Positions 9,497-19,209 of a DNA stretch of 64,000 bases are shown piece after piece. The stretch covers positions 9,693-73,692 of the forward strand of contig JAZTWI010000002.1 of assembly GCA_045635805.1 (NCBI GenBank). The letters are read 5' to 3'. The DNA is from Clostridia bacterium (lineage in GTDB: Bacteria > Bacillota > Clostridia > Christensenellales > UBA1242). The stretch's first letter is position 1. Every line of letters begins with the position of its first letter. A program made the translations under genes and the position numbers. Below the pieces are notes generated by a model. That model was not told the DNA's origin, made no database searches, and worked only from the letters and a program-made list of their open reading frames with translations.

Positions 9497-11143
9497 ATGT
9501 TGAAAACAATTAATAGCACTATGTTCAGAAAGATGATAATAGCTAGTGCAAAGATTTTAGATGATAATAAAAATTTCGTTGACTCATTAAATGTATTCCC
9601 GGTTCCCGATGGTGATACTGGTACAAATATGAGTATGACATATAATAATGTTGTTAAAGAATTAAATAACTGTTTAGATAATGATTTTGCAGGTATTACT
9701 AGAGCCATAATCACTGGTGCACTTAGGGGTGCTAGGGGTAACTCTGGTGTTATTTTGTCACAGATTTTAAAGGGTATCTGTAATGTTATTGGTACTTGTG
9801 AAAAGGAGATTACAACTAAGTTTTTTGCTAAAGCTCTAGCAGAAGGTTCTGCTATTGCTTATAAGGCAGTTGCATCACCTAAGGAAGGTACAATTCTTAC
9901 AGTTATTAGAGTTATTGCTGAGTCTGCTACTAGAAATGCTAAGAAATATAGTAACTTTGAGCAATTCTTCGAAGCAATCTTAAATGATGGTGAAGCTATC
10001 CTACAACAAACTCCAGAAATGCTACCTGTTCTTAAGAAAGCAGGTGTTGTTGATGCTGGTGGTAGGGGTCTTATCATTATCTTTAAGGGTATGGAGAAGA
10101 TTATCCTTGGTGAAGAAGACTTCGATATTAATATCGAGCAATTAATCAGCACTCAAACAATGAATAACAATGAGTTCTATGTAAACCTAGACAATCTAGC
10201 TGACATTGAGTTTGCTTATTGTACTGAGTTTATGATTACTCATATGAAGAAAAAGACTACAGAAAGCGATATTGAGAAATTTAGAGAGAATCTATCTAAT
10301 ATTGGTGATAGTGTTGTTTGTTTCGGTGACCTAGAGCTTGTTAAAGTTCACGTACACACTAATCAACCAAACCTTGCTTTAGGCTCAGCTCTAGAATTAG
10401 GTGAGATTATCAATATTAAGATTGAGAATATGGTTGAGCAGAACAGAGAACTAAAGAGAGCTCAAACACAGAGAGAACAAAATCTAAAAGAAATCGGTAT
10501 GGTTGCAGTGGCTCCAGGACAGGGTATTGCTAATGTATTTGCTGACTTACTTGTTGATGATATGGTAGAAGGTGGTCAAACTATGAACCCTAGTGCCGAA
10601 GATATCGCAAAAACAGTAGACAGAATACCTGCAAAAAATGTCTTTGTATTGCCAAATAATAAGAATATTATTCTTGCTGCCGAACAGGCTAAATCTCTTA
10701 CTAAGAAAATTTTACACGTTATTCCTACTAAGTCTATTCCAGAAGGTGTTGCATCAGTTCTAGCATTTAATCCTGATAGTACTGTAGAAGAAAACGTAGA
10801 AAATATGACTAATGCTAAAGAAAGCGTTAAGAGTGCTTCTGTTACATATGCTGTTAGAACTACTCACGTTGATGGTTTTGACCTTGAGACAGGAGATATA
10901 ATTGGTCTTGATAACAAAGGAATTCTTGCTAAAGGCTCACTTGTTAAAGATACTACTATTCAGTTAATCGATAAACTTGTATCAGAAGATAGTGTAAATA
11001 TTACATTATTCTACGGTAAAGATGTTGTAGAGGAGGATGCAGAAGCCCTAGCTGCTGAGTTAGAGCAGAGATATCCAGATTGCGATATTAATATGATTAA
11101 GGGTGAACAACCTGTATATTACTATATAATATCTATAGAGTAA
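9497..11143 (+). CDS. fakA: DAK2-domain fatty acid kinase subunit A (YloV)
   Basis: LNVFPVPDGDTGTNM, GARGNSGVILSQ, GVVDAGG, YCTEF, GGQTMNPS. Confidence 0.95.
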   Translation: MLKTINSTMFRKMIIASAKILDDNKNFVDSLNVFPVPDGDTGTNMSMTYNNVVKELNNCLDNDFAGITRAIITGALRGARGNSGVILSQILKGICNVIGTCEKEITTKFFAKALAEGSAIAYKAVASPKEGTILTVIRVIAESATRNAKKYSNFEQFFEAILNDGEAILQQTPEMLPVLKKAGVVDAGGRGLIIIFKGMEKIILGEEDFDINIEQLISTQTMNNNEFYVNLDNLADIEFAYCTEFMITHMKKKTTESDIEKFRENLSNIGDSVVCFGDLELVKVHVHTNQPNLALGSALELGEIINIKIENMVEQNRELKRAQTQREQNLKEIGMVAVAPGQGIANVFADLLVDDMVEGGQTMNPSAEDIAKTVDRIPAKNVFVLPNNKNIILAAEQAKSLTKKILHVIPTKSIPEGVASVLAFNPDSTVEENVENMTNAKESVKSASVTYAVRTTHVDGFDLETGDIIGLDNKGILAKGSLVKDTTIQLIDKLVSEDSVNITLFYGKDVVEEDAEALAAELEQRYPDCDINMIKGEQPVYYYIISIE

Positions 11144-11161
11144 TAGTATATAACATTATAT

Positions 11162-11198
11162 ATAGGCAAGGAAAAATTCCTTGTCTATATTTTTGTTT
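11162..11198 (+). terminator. Intrinsic terminator after fakA
   Basis: ATAGGCAAGGAA-AAA-TTCCTTGTCTAT followed by a T-tract. Confidence 0.75.
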
Positions 11199-11264
11199 TG
11201 ATGTATTTAGAGTCTGTTACTTAAGAATAATTGTATTTTATATAAAATATAATTAAAATGGGTA

Positions 11265-11293
11265 TTGACATTTGTTATAATTTATTTTACAAT
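11265..11293 (+). promoter_or_regulatory. Sigma-A promoter
   Basis: TTGACA-N17-TACAAT. Confidence 0.7.
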
Positions 11294-11341
11294 ATTTTTG
11301 CACGACTCTCCCAAATGGAGTGTTGAAAGGGGAAAAAATTT

Positions 11342-12004
11342 ATGAAAAAGTCTCGATTGTTGACATTATTTACAATAGCAAACTTCATATCAACATTATG
11401 CTTTATTATCTTTGTATTACCAGATGTTGTAGTATTTAGATTTATTGATATGATAGCTACAGATTTTATTGGTAAATGGTATAATATCATATTACCTTCT
11501 ATTGCCACAGTCGCTTGTTTTATTATATTAATGATAGATGTTAGGGAAGACGGCTCTAAGAAACACGTATTTAGATATTTAATTGCTTATGTTGCTGTTT
11601 CTGTATGTAGTTACTTTACTTGGGCTATGATGGGTATTCAAGTTCATTTAACTCACGTTACTAATAATGCCATTACTATTCCTTGGACAATTATTATTCT
11701 ATTCCCAATTGCTTACTTTATGTTGGCTAGTGGAGCTGCTCTTGGCGACAAACCTGAAAATGAAGCATCATTCTTTGGTTTTAGTTGGGTAAAATCTAAT
11801 TATATAGTATGGCAAAAGACACATAGTTTTGCAGGTAAAATGAGTATACTTGTAGGTTTGATTCTATTTGTTATTGCTGTTCTTAATGAAACAATTTTCC
11901 ATACTGATTGGATGTATGCAATAGCTATTGCTGTATGGTTTGTACTATATTTCTTATTTGTACTAATCTATTCCAGATGTATTCAAGGTAAATATAATAG
12001 ATAA
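11342..12004 (+). CDS. SdpI/YhfL-like membrane protein
   Basis: About six TM helices; LPD near the N-terminus; N..FFG..WV.....WQKTHSFAG motif typical of the SdpI family. Confidence 0.7.
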   Translation: MKKSRLLTLFTIANFISTLCFIIFVLPDVVVFRFIDMIATDFIGKWYNIILPSIATVACFIILMIDVREDGSKKHVFRYLIAYVAVSVCSYFTWAMMGIQVHLTHVTNNAITIPWTIIILFPIAYFMLASGAALGDKPENEASFFGFSWVKSNYIVWQKTHSFAGKMSILVGLILFVIAVLNETIFHTDWMYAIAIAVWFVLYFLFVLIYSRCIQGKYNR

Positions 12005-12036
12005 AAAAATTCTAGTTGAAAAACTAGAATTTTTTA
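12002..12036. terminator. Bidirectional terminator
   Basis: AAAAAATTCTAGTT-GAAA-AACTAGAATTTTTT. Confidence 0.85.
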
Positions 12037-12037
12037 T

Positions 12038-12361
12038 TTATCTAAAAAATAATGGAATAAACTTTACTATAACAAAGATGCATATAGCAGCAAGTATTAC
12101 ATTTATACATGTAAAGACTATGGCGGTTCTTTTGATTCTTATACTTTCAGATTTTATTGCTTTAATTGATAGTATGCCACCCACAAGAAGTAGAACTAAA
12201 CTGATTGGTAATAATATTATTGTATATGGTACAATTACTAGCAAAGCAAGTGATTCTGTTCCTTCTGTAGGAATATTTAGGTTTAGATATCCACAGAGTA
12301 GGGTGGGAAATATATTTAATATTGTTAATATTATGCTGGTAATAATAGATTTTTTATACAT
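12038..12361 (-). CDS. Small three-TM membrane protein
   Basis: GAGGTGAG RBS on the minus strand; three hydrophobic segments. Confidence 0.8.
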   Translation of the reverse strand: MYKKSIITSIILTILNIFPTLLCGYLNLNIPTEGTESLALLVIVPYTIILLPISLVLLLVGGILSIKAIKSESIRIKRTAIVFTCINVILAAICIFVIVKFIPLFFR

Positions 12362-12561
12362 AACTCACCTCTTAATTTTGATTTATATTTAAATTATACA
12401 CTATCTTATAACAAATAAATAAATGATTTTGATAATATTTTATTTAATTAATAATATAATTTACATTATTTGGATATATTTATTTGTAATATTTTGTAGA
12501 TATTAAACCAAACTATTAATACAAGGCAACGATATGTCTTGTAATATAGGGAGGTGAAAAT

Positions 12562-12711
12562 ATGGCAACAAAGAAATGCGATTGTACTAAGAAGTCTACT
12601 ACTAGCAAAAGAACTTCTAATAGAAATACAGAAGCTAGTACAGATAACGCTAGAACAACATCTAGAACATCTGCAAAGAAAACTTCTAGTAGAACTAGAG
12701 CATGTAACTAA
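12562..12711 (+). CDS. 49 aa basic Ser/Thr-rich peptide (not in ORF track)
   Basis: GGGAGGTG RBS; MATKKCDCTKKSTTSKRTSNRNTEASTDNARTTSRTSAKKTSSRTRACN; 5' hairpin and downstream terminator. Confidence 0.8.
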   Translation: MATKKCDCTKKSTTSKRTSNRNTEASTDNARTTSRTSAKKTSSRTRACN

Positions 12712-12735
12712 TTAGCCTAGTTTCACAATTTTATT

Positions 12736-12803
12736 GACACTTTAAAATATTTATTTTGATTCTTAAGCATAACTATAATAAATATTTTAAGGTGTTTTTT
12801 TTT
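12736..12803 (+). terminator. Long hairpin terminator after the 49 aa ORF
   Basis: ACACTTTAAAATATTTATT...AATAAATATTTTAAGGTGT followed by a T-tract. Confidence 0.7.
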
Positions 12804-12837
12804 GGATAAAAAAAAGACCCTTAACAGGGTTAATTAA

Positions 12838-12912
12838 TGGAGCGGAAGACGAGATTCGAACTCGCGACATTCGCCTTGGCAAGGCGACGCTCTACCACTG
12901 AGCCACTCCCGC
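12838..12912 (-). tRNA. tRNA-Gly(GCC)
   Basis: Reverse complement GCGGGAG...CTTGCCAAG...TTCGAAT...CTTCCGCTCCA forms a cloverleaf. Confidence 0.97.
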
Positions 12913-12925
12913 ATAAAAATAAAAA

Positions 12926-13001
12926 TGGTGGGAGTTATAGGGCTCGAACCTATGACCTCCTGCTTGTAAGGCAGATGCTCTCCCAACTGAGCTAAACTCC
13001 C
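12926..13001 (-). tRNA. tRNA-Val(TAC)
   Basis: Reverse complement GGGAGTTTAGCTCAG...CTTACAAG...GGTTCGAG...CTCCCACCA. Confidence 0.97.
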
Positions 13002-13274
13002 ACATTTCTTTAGTAGTCCTATTTGCTACTCTACTAATATATCAAATCTGGAGATAAAATGCAACACTTTTTTATATATTTTTTAAATTTTTTTAAAATA
13101 TTTTTTTAACATTATTTTAAATGCAATTCATAAATTATAATAACAAATTTAAATATTTAGGATAGTAATGCTAGTTTTTTATTTAATTAATAATATCAAA
13201 TAATTACTAGAAATTTTTATATAAATACTTTACTTAAGTTTTTTTTTATGATATACTAACCTCGTTAAACGTAT

Positions 13275-13349
13275 GGCACCATAGCCAAGCGGTAAGGCCC
13301 GGGTCTGCAAAACCCTCATGCCTCAGTTCGAATCTGAGTGGTGCCTCCA
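13275..13349 (+). tRNA. tRNA-Cys(GCA)
   Basis: GGCACCA...CTGCAAA...GTTCGAATC...TGGTGCCTCCA. Confidence 0.96.
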
Positions 13350-13352
13350 TTT

Positions 13353-13439
13353 GCTGGTGTGGCGGAATCGGCAGACGCACAGGACTTAAAATCCTGCGGT
13401 GTAACAACCGTACCAGTTCAAGTCTGGTCACCAGCACCA
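13353..13439 (+). tRNA. tRNA-Leu(TAA)
   Basis: GCTGGTG...CTTAAAA anticodon loop, long variable arm, TTCAAG, CACCAGCACCA. Confidence 0.96.
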
Positions 13440-13450
13440 AAATTACGAAC

Positions 13451-13670
13451 CACTAGGTTCGTATTTTTTTTGCCTATGTGACCGACTTGTAGTAGATATT
13501 CATCTACTAGATTACTGCGTAATCAACTGGTACTCCGTACCTGTATTGACTTACGTCAAATTTGTTTACCTTCGCAGAATGTAAACTGCACCAAGCTGGT
13601 CACCCACGCACCCAATACGGACACACTAGGTTCGTATTTTTTTTGCCTACGTGACCGACTTGTAGTAGAT
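13451..13670 (+). repeat. 47 bp direct repeat (13451-13497 and 13624-13670, one mismatch) enclosing a multi-hairpin spacer and a degenerate tRNA-Leu 3' end
   Basis: CACTAGGTTCGTATTTTTTTTGCCTA(T/C)GTGACCGACTTGTAGTAGAT twice, 173 bp apart. Confidence 0.92.
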
Positions 13671-13837
13671 TTAAGCTGTTCAAACAATGTATTATTTTAA
13701 TTTATTTTGTTTATTGCTATTATGCTATTGCTTTATAATTACTTGAATAATTTTCAAGTGTAATATTATTTAAAAAAGAATAACAAATTATTATCTTTGT
13801 GCTATAATGACATTGAAAATAATTAAGGAGAGACTTT

Positions 13838-14896
13838 ATGGATAAGAGTTTCGGTAATTTTTTAAAAGAAAAAAGACAAGAAAAGGGGATAACACAGAAG
13901 GAACTAGCGAAGCAACTTTTCGTTTCTGACTCTGCCGTTAGTAAGTGGGAAAAAGATGTCGCTCATCCTGATATAACAATCCTTCCACAGCTATCTCAAA
14001 TTTTAGGGGTTACAGAGCACGAATTAATAACTGCTAGTGTAGATAAACAAGCTAGACAAGAAAAAGTACAGGCAAAGAAATGGCGAACCGTCTCTATGTC
14101 TTGGAATTTGTTTTTTTATATATCATATGGTATAGCATTACTTACTTGCTTTATTGTAAATCTAGCAGTGAGTGCTACACTTAGTTGGTTCTGGATAGTG
14201 TTTTCTGCATTGTTACTTGCTTTTACTTTTACAAATCTTCATCAATATATAAAGAAACATAGGTTAATACTTATTCCTTTATCTATGTGTCTGGCTCTTT
14301 GTTTACTTCTAGGAATTGTATGTATATATACTAATGGTAATTGGTTTTGGATACCTGCTATATCGGTATTTTTTGCCCTTGTTATAATATTTGTGCCTAT
14401 ATTTATTGCTAAATACAGAGTCTTTGCTAAATTATATAAATTTATTGATTTTATATCTATTGCGATAGACTTTGTATTGCTTAATATCCTGCTGATAATT
14501 ATAGATACCTATACAAATGTAAACGGACTTGCTAGTTATCACTGGTACTTTACTTTAGCATTACCGATTACTCTACTTGTGTATGTATTTCTTAATGTGT
14601 TTTTAAGTGTTAGATTTATAAAGGTTAATAGATTTATAAAAACTAGTATTATTTTATTTATAATAAATCTTATTCACTTTGGTTCTTCATTTTTAACATC
14701 GGAAAATACTGAAATTCAAAAAGAAATTGAAGGTTTAAAGTTTTATAAGGCAGAATTTTCTAATTGGCAGGGAGAGATAGCACTTGAGCGAAATATTCAG
14801 TGTATTATATTCTTAAGTATATTGGGTATTGCATTAGGTTTCTTGATTACAGGTATTTTACTTTCCTATTTTAGAAAAAAGAAAAACAATGGATAA
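13838..14896 (+). CDS. XRE-family HTH regulator with multi-pass membrane domain
   Basis: TQKELAKQLFVSDSAVSKWE..PD helix-turn-helix followed by about eight TM helices. Confidence 0.88.
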   Translation: MDKSFGNFLKEKRQEKGITQKELAKQLFVSDSAVSKWEKDVAHPDITILPQLSQILGVTEHELITASVDKQARQEKVQAKKWRTVSMSWNLFFYISYGIALLTCFIVNLAVSATLSWFWIVFSALLLAFTFTNLHQYIKKHRLILIPLSMCLALCLLLGIVCIYTNGNWFWIPAISVFFALVIIFVPIFIAKYRVFAKLYKFIDFISIAIDFVLLNILLIIIDTYTNVNGLASYHWYFTLALPITLLVYVFLNVFLSVRFIKVNRFIKTSIILFIINLIHFGSSFLTSENTEIQKEIEGLKFYKAEFSNWQGEIALERNIQCIIFLSILGIALGFLITGILLSYFRKKKNNG

Positions 14897-15013
14897 AAAT
14901 TATAAAAACACTCTATTATAATTGATAGGGTGTTTTTTAATGGTTAGTTTTTGCTTTGCAATAAAATAATCTTATATGATATAATTATTAATATAATATA
15001 GTTAGGAGTATAT

Positions 15014-15778
15014 ATGTTAGATATTGGTTTGTACGATATGATTTTTAAGAGAAAATCATTTCATTTATTTAGAGATATTGGAAATGAAAATATTACAGAA
15101 AAAGAATTGGGTGATATAGAAGGGTTTTTTAGTAATATACAACCACTATATAAAGATATTAGAGTACAAATGAAGATTACAAAAGACAAGTCTAGTTGTG
15201 ATAGGGGACAGGAGTATTGCTTGTACTTGTATTCTGAAGTTAAGCCTAATTATCTACAAAATATTGGTTATATAGGACAACAATTAGACTTATATTTAGT
15301 ATCTAAAAATATAGGAACACTTTGGTATGGAATAGGAAAGCCGAGTGATAATAAATTAGATGGACTTGATTATATTATAATGTTTGCTATCGCTAAGGTA
15401 GATAGTCCTTCTAAATTTAGAAAAGATATGTTCAAAAGCAAAAGAAAAGAGATAAATGAAATCTGGCGTGGTGATGATATATCGGAAATTGCTAATATTG
15501 TTAGATTTGCTCCTAGTGCATGTAATTCTCAGCCTTGGTTTGTTGAAAATAAAGACAATGTTTTGAGAGTGTTTCGCCATAGAAATCTTGAGAGAAGGGG
15601 TATAATGCCTGTAGATAAGGTTAATTATTTTAATCAAATAGATATGGGTATTTTCCTATATTTCCTTGAGATATGTTTGGGTAAAAATAATATACAATAT
15701 ACAAGGGAATTATATGTAGAAAAAGATAGTGATACTGAGTATAACTTAACTGCAGAATATTTCTTAGAAAAAAAATAA
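15014..15778 (+). CDS. Nitroreductase-family protein
   Basis: IFKRKS, GTLWYG, APSACNSQPW, IDMGI. Confidence 0.85.
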   Translation: MLDIGLYDMIFKRKSFHLFRDIGNENITEKELGDIEGFFSNIQPLYKDIRVQMKITKDKSSCDRGQEYCLYLYSEVKPNYLQNIGYIGQQLDLYLVSKNIGTLWYGIGKPSDNKLDGLDYIIMFAIAKVDSPSKFRKDMFKSKRKEINEIWRGDDISEIANIVRFAPSACNSQPWFVENKDNVLRVFRHRNLERRGIMPVDKVNYFNQIDMGIFLYFLEICLGKNNIQYTRELYVEKDSDTEYNLTAEYFLEKK

Positions 15779-15803
15779 AAGGTTGCTAATTGCAACCTTT
15801 TTT
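15777..15803. terminator. Bidirectional terminator
   Basis: AAAAGGTTGC-TAATT-GCAACCTTTT. Confidence 0.8.
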
Positions 15804-16486
15804 TATCTCTGAATTACGTGTGCTCTTGCACCACAACTAGGGCATTTACTATCTTTTGCTTTAAATGTTGTTTTACAGTATTCACATTGATAGTTTTGTT
15901 GAGAAGAACCATATTGTTTGATTTCTTTTAAAATTCTATCTGCTTCTGACCTATTATCATTAATCATTTGAGCAACGTCAATGTAGTATTCTATGCATGA
16001 GAATTCTAGTTTAAATACACTTGATTGAATTGTGATACTACCGATTGATTTAAAAGCGTGTGCCTGTGTGGTTTTTACTGACACGATATCAGAAAGTTTT
16101 AAATAATTAAATTTAAATTGATTTATTTGATTTTCTACTATGACTCTTTGGTTTGTTACATAGTATGATACAGAATCGACAGTTTTTTTACCCTTTGCTC
16201 TACCAAATAAATATATCCAAACAGGGGTCATATGAACGGCTAGAAATGCTGTTACACCTAGTATTATACCTATCTCTCCTGTAGATACAACTCCTAAGAA
16301 TGCAAATAGGTCAAAGCAACACCAGATTGCTACGAAGAAAAATGGTATTCCTGCACTTCTTTTTATATATGTTTGTCTATCTGGTTTTCCTTCCCATAAT
16401 ACAACTTCACCAGGTTCTAGATATTCATCTATTGTTTTTGCAGTAGCTTTATCACTACGCCTTGAGTAATTAATATTGTTATTCAT
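15803..16486 (-). CDS. Membrane protein with bacterial PH-like domain and C-terminal zinc ribbon
   Basis: PGEVVLWEGKP, two TM helices, YYVTNQRV, GSITI, CEYC...CPSCGA. Confidence 0.75.
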   Translation of the reverse strand: MNNNINYSRRSDKATAKTIDEYLEPGEVVLWEGKPDRQTYIKRSAGIPFFFVAIWCCFDLFAFLGVVSTGEIGIILGVTAFLAVHMTPVWIYLFGRAKGKKTVDSVSYYVTNQRVIVENQINQFKFNYLKLSDIVSVKTTQAHAFKSIGSITIQSSVFKLEFSCIEYYIDVAQMINDNRSEADRILKEIKQYGSSQQNYQCEYCKTTFKAKDSKCPSCGARAHVIQR

Positions 16487-16657
16487 TTCTTTTTCCTTAA
16501 ATCTCTTAATATATTTATAGTATCATAAATTATAAATATATACAATTAATTAAAAACTATTATTGATTTTTTAATTAAAGAAAAAACAATTAGGGTAGAT
16601 TAACTGAAAATTTAATCAAAACTAATTGTTTTAATATTTATACTTATTTATGAATAA

Positions 16658-17581
16658 TTATAAATCTTCATATTTTACAGACATTGAGTCGATTTTATCT
16701 TCTAAGATAAATCTAGTTATGTCGTTAAATACTTCTTCTTTATTGATTTCATTTAAAATTTCGTGTCTAGCATCTAAGTAGCTCTTTAGATATAATTTCT
16801 TTCTGGCTTTTGCGTATTCATAGAAAAGTCTAATAACACCATTTTTACCAGAGACAGGGTCGTTAGTTCCTGCTACTATGAGAATTGGTAGGTAGTATGG
16901 AATATTATTTAAATTTTTATAATTCTTTCTAGCATTTTTAAAGAAAGAGTGATAAAAGTTAACAGGGAAGGGCTTTCCACACAATTCATCTGCTTTATAT
17001 TCTTCCCAAACTTTTTCGTCTCTAGATAACCAATTACCATCTGGAAATTTCTTTCCATATGCCTTGATGCTCATACCTTCTATCATTTTAGCAGTCTTTT
17101 TCTTGAGTCCAAATGCCTTTTGTAGTGATGCTAGTACATATCCTGCTTTGTATTGAATATCATTAGTATATGTCGAGCCTGATAGTATTATGGACTTTAC
17201 TTTAAATCCATTTTCCACCATATATCTTTGGGTTATAAATGAACCAAATGAGTGACCTAATATGCTGATAGGAAGATTAAATTTCTCGCATAAATATTCA
17301 GTTACTTTGATTTGGTCTTTTACAATCTCCATAAATATGTCGCCATCTGAGTATCCAAGGGGCAGATTATTGATAAGAGCTGTCTGACCATGACCCCTTA
17401 GGTCACTAGCGAATACGATGATTCCATTTTTATTTAGGTGTCTTGCAAAAGAATTGTATCTCATTGCGTGTTCCTGCATACCATGTATGATTTGTAGTAC
17501 ACCTACAGGTTTTTCTACCTTGTCCCATAAGTATCCAACTAATTCAAAATTTTCATACCCTTCTAATTTAACTGTTTTCAT
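16658..17581 (-). CDS. Alpha/beta hydrolase (lysophospholipase/monoacylglycerol lipase family)
   Basis: IIHGMQEHAMRY, DLRGHG, GHSFG nucleophile, DPV, RHEILNE. Confidence 0.9.
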   Translation of the reverse strand: MKTVKLEGYENFELVGYLWDKVEKPVGVLQIIHGMQEHAMRYNSFARHLNKNGIIVFASDLRGHGQTALINNLPLGYSDGDIFMEIVKDQIKVTEYLCEKFNLPISILGHSFGSFITQRYMVENGFKVKSIILSGSTYTNDIQYKAGYVLASLQKAFGLKKKTAKMIEGMSIKAYGKKFPDGNWLSRDEKVWEEYKADELCGKPFPVNFYHSFFKNARKNYKNLNNIPYYLPILIVAGTNDPVSGKNGVIRLFYEYAKARKKLYLKSYLDARHEILNEINKEEVFNDITRFILEDKIDSMSVKYEDL

Positions 17582-19054
17582 TTATTCTCCTATAGTTTTT
17601 TTAACAGCTAGATGCCAATTATCTAGTAATTGCTGTCTAGTTTGTTTATTCATTGTGTTTTCATATGTTTTGCCTGAGATGAATTTACTCTGTATTTCAT
17701 TTAGGTCTTTAGCGTATCCTAGGGCTAGGGCAGTCATATATATTGTACCTAAAACTGTTCCTTCACTAGTTTCTGTCTTAATAACTTTTTTATTTAGAAT
17801 ATCTGCTTGGAATTGCATTAAGAAATCATTTCTAGATACTCCGCCATCTACTCTGAGTTCCTTTACTTTGGTAGTGCCAGAATTCATACAGTCAATGATA
17901 TCGTAAACATTGTATGCCATACTCTCAAGACCTGCTCTAATGATATGTTCTCTCTTAGTACCCCTAGTAATACCAGAAATATTACCTGTGCAGTACTGAT
18001 TCCAATATGGTGCGCCAAGTCCTGTAAATGCTGGTACGAAGTATACACCATCTGTCGTACCTATCTTTTTACAGATATCACTAGACTCTTGGTTACTACT
18101 TAATATTTTAAGGTCATCAATCATCCAATTAATAATTGTTCCTGCATTAAATATACTACCTTCTAGTGCGTATGTTGTTTTGTTTCCAATAGTCCAAGCA
18201 ATGGTTGATAGTAATTTACTGTTTTCTACTAATTTATCTCCGGTATTAGATAGGATAAAGCAGCCTGTACCATAGGTGGCTTTTGCTAGTCCTTTTTCTA
18301 TACAACCTAGACCGAATAGTGACGATTGTTGGTCTCCTAAGATAGAGCCGATAGGCAGTTCACCATATTTAGTATATGCAATTCCTAGTTCTTTTCCATT
18401 AGCCACTACTTCTGGTAGTATACTTTCTGGTATGCCAAAGAAATCAAGTAATTTTTTATCCCAGGTGAGTGTCTTGATATTAAATAACATTGTCCTACTA
18501 GCATTAGATGAGTCTGTAATAAATCTTTCACCCTTAGTTAGTTTAAATGTTAGATATGAGTCAATTGTACCTACGCAGAGTCTATTTGATTTTAGTAGTT
18601 TTTTAGCCCTAGGAACATTGTCTAGTATCCACTTAATTTTAGTTGCTGAGAAGTATGCGTCAACTATGAGTCCTGTTGTGTCTTTGATATACTTTCTCAT
18701 TTTCTTATTGATACTATCGCAGAACTGTGCAGTTCTTCTACATTGCCATACAATAGAAGGGCAGATAGGTTCTCCTGTATTTCTATCCCAAGCAACGATA
18801 CTTTCTCTTTGATTAGTTATTCCTATTCCTATGAGTTCATCTGCCTTGATTTTTGCCTGTTTTATGGCAGAGTGCATTGTTTTTTCTTGGACTTGCCATA
18901 TCTCATTTGCGTCGTGTTCTACCCAGCCTGGCTTTGGGAAATACTGTTTAAATTTTTCATTAACAGCTATTACGATTTTATTGTCAACGATATCGTATAT
19001 AACTGTTCTTGCAGAAGTTGTGCCTTCGTCTAAGCCTATAATATATCTTTTCAT
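17582..19054 (-). CDS. glpK: Glycerol kinase
   Basis: DEGTTSAR, GITNQRE, IVWQCRRT, GDQQS, TYGTGCF, VPAFTGLGAPYW. Confidence 0.96.
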   Translation of the reverse strand: MKRYIIGLDEGTTSARTVIYDIVDNKIVIAVNEKFKQYFPKPGWVEHDANEIWQVQEKTMHSAIKQAKIKADELIGIGITNQRESIVAWDRNTGEPICPSIVWQCRRTAQFCDSINKKMRKYIKDTTGLIVDAYFSATKIKWILDNVPRAKKLLKSNRLCVGTIDSYLTFKLTKGERFITDSSNASRTMLFNIKTLTWDKKLLDFFGIPESILPEVVANGKELGIAYTKYGELPIGSILGDQQSSLFGLGCIEKGLAKATYGTGCFILSNTGDKLVENSKLLSTIAWTIGNKTTYALEGSIFNAGTIINWMIDDLKILSSNQESSDICKKIGTTDGVYFVPAFTGLGAPYWNQYCTGNISGITRGTKREHIIRAGLESMAYNVYDIIDCMNSGTTKVKELRVDGGVSRNDFLMQFQADILNKKVIKTETSEGTVLGTIYMTALALGYAKDLNEIQSKFISGKTYENTMNKQTRQQLLDNWHLAVKKTIGE

Positions 19055-19131
19055 TGAAATCTCCTAATAGACATAGTTTTATATTTTCAATATAACAAAT
19101 CTCTTAAAATTAAGCAATTACATTTTTATAT

Positions 19132-19160
19132 TTGACATAAAATAATTATTTTTGTACGAT
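19132..19160 (+). promoter_or_regulatory. Sigma-A promoter of the oxidoreductase operon
   Basis: TTGACA-N17-TACGAT. Confidence 0.65.
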
Positions 19161-19209
19161 TATAGTAATAAGTAATTAATGAAAAATGGAAACAAAATAG
19201 AGGTTGATT

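Noticed and set aside
13246-13440. 64 aa minus-strand ORF
   Set aside because: It is the antisense of tRNA-Cys and tRNA-Leu
13451-13670. Possible CRISPR array
   Set aside because: Only two 47 bp copies with a 126 bp spacer, derived from the tRNA 3' flank; no cas genes
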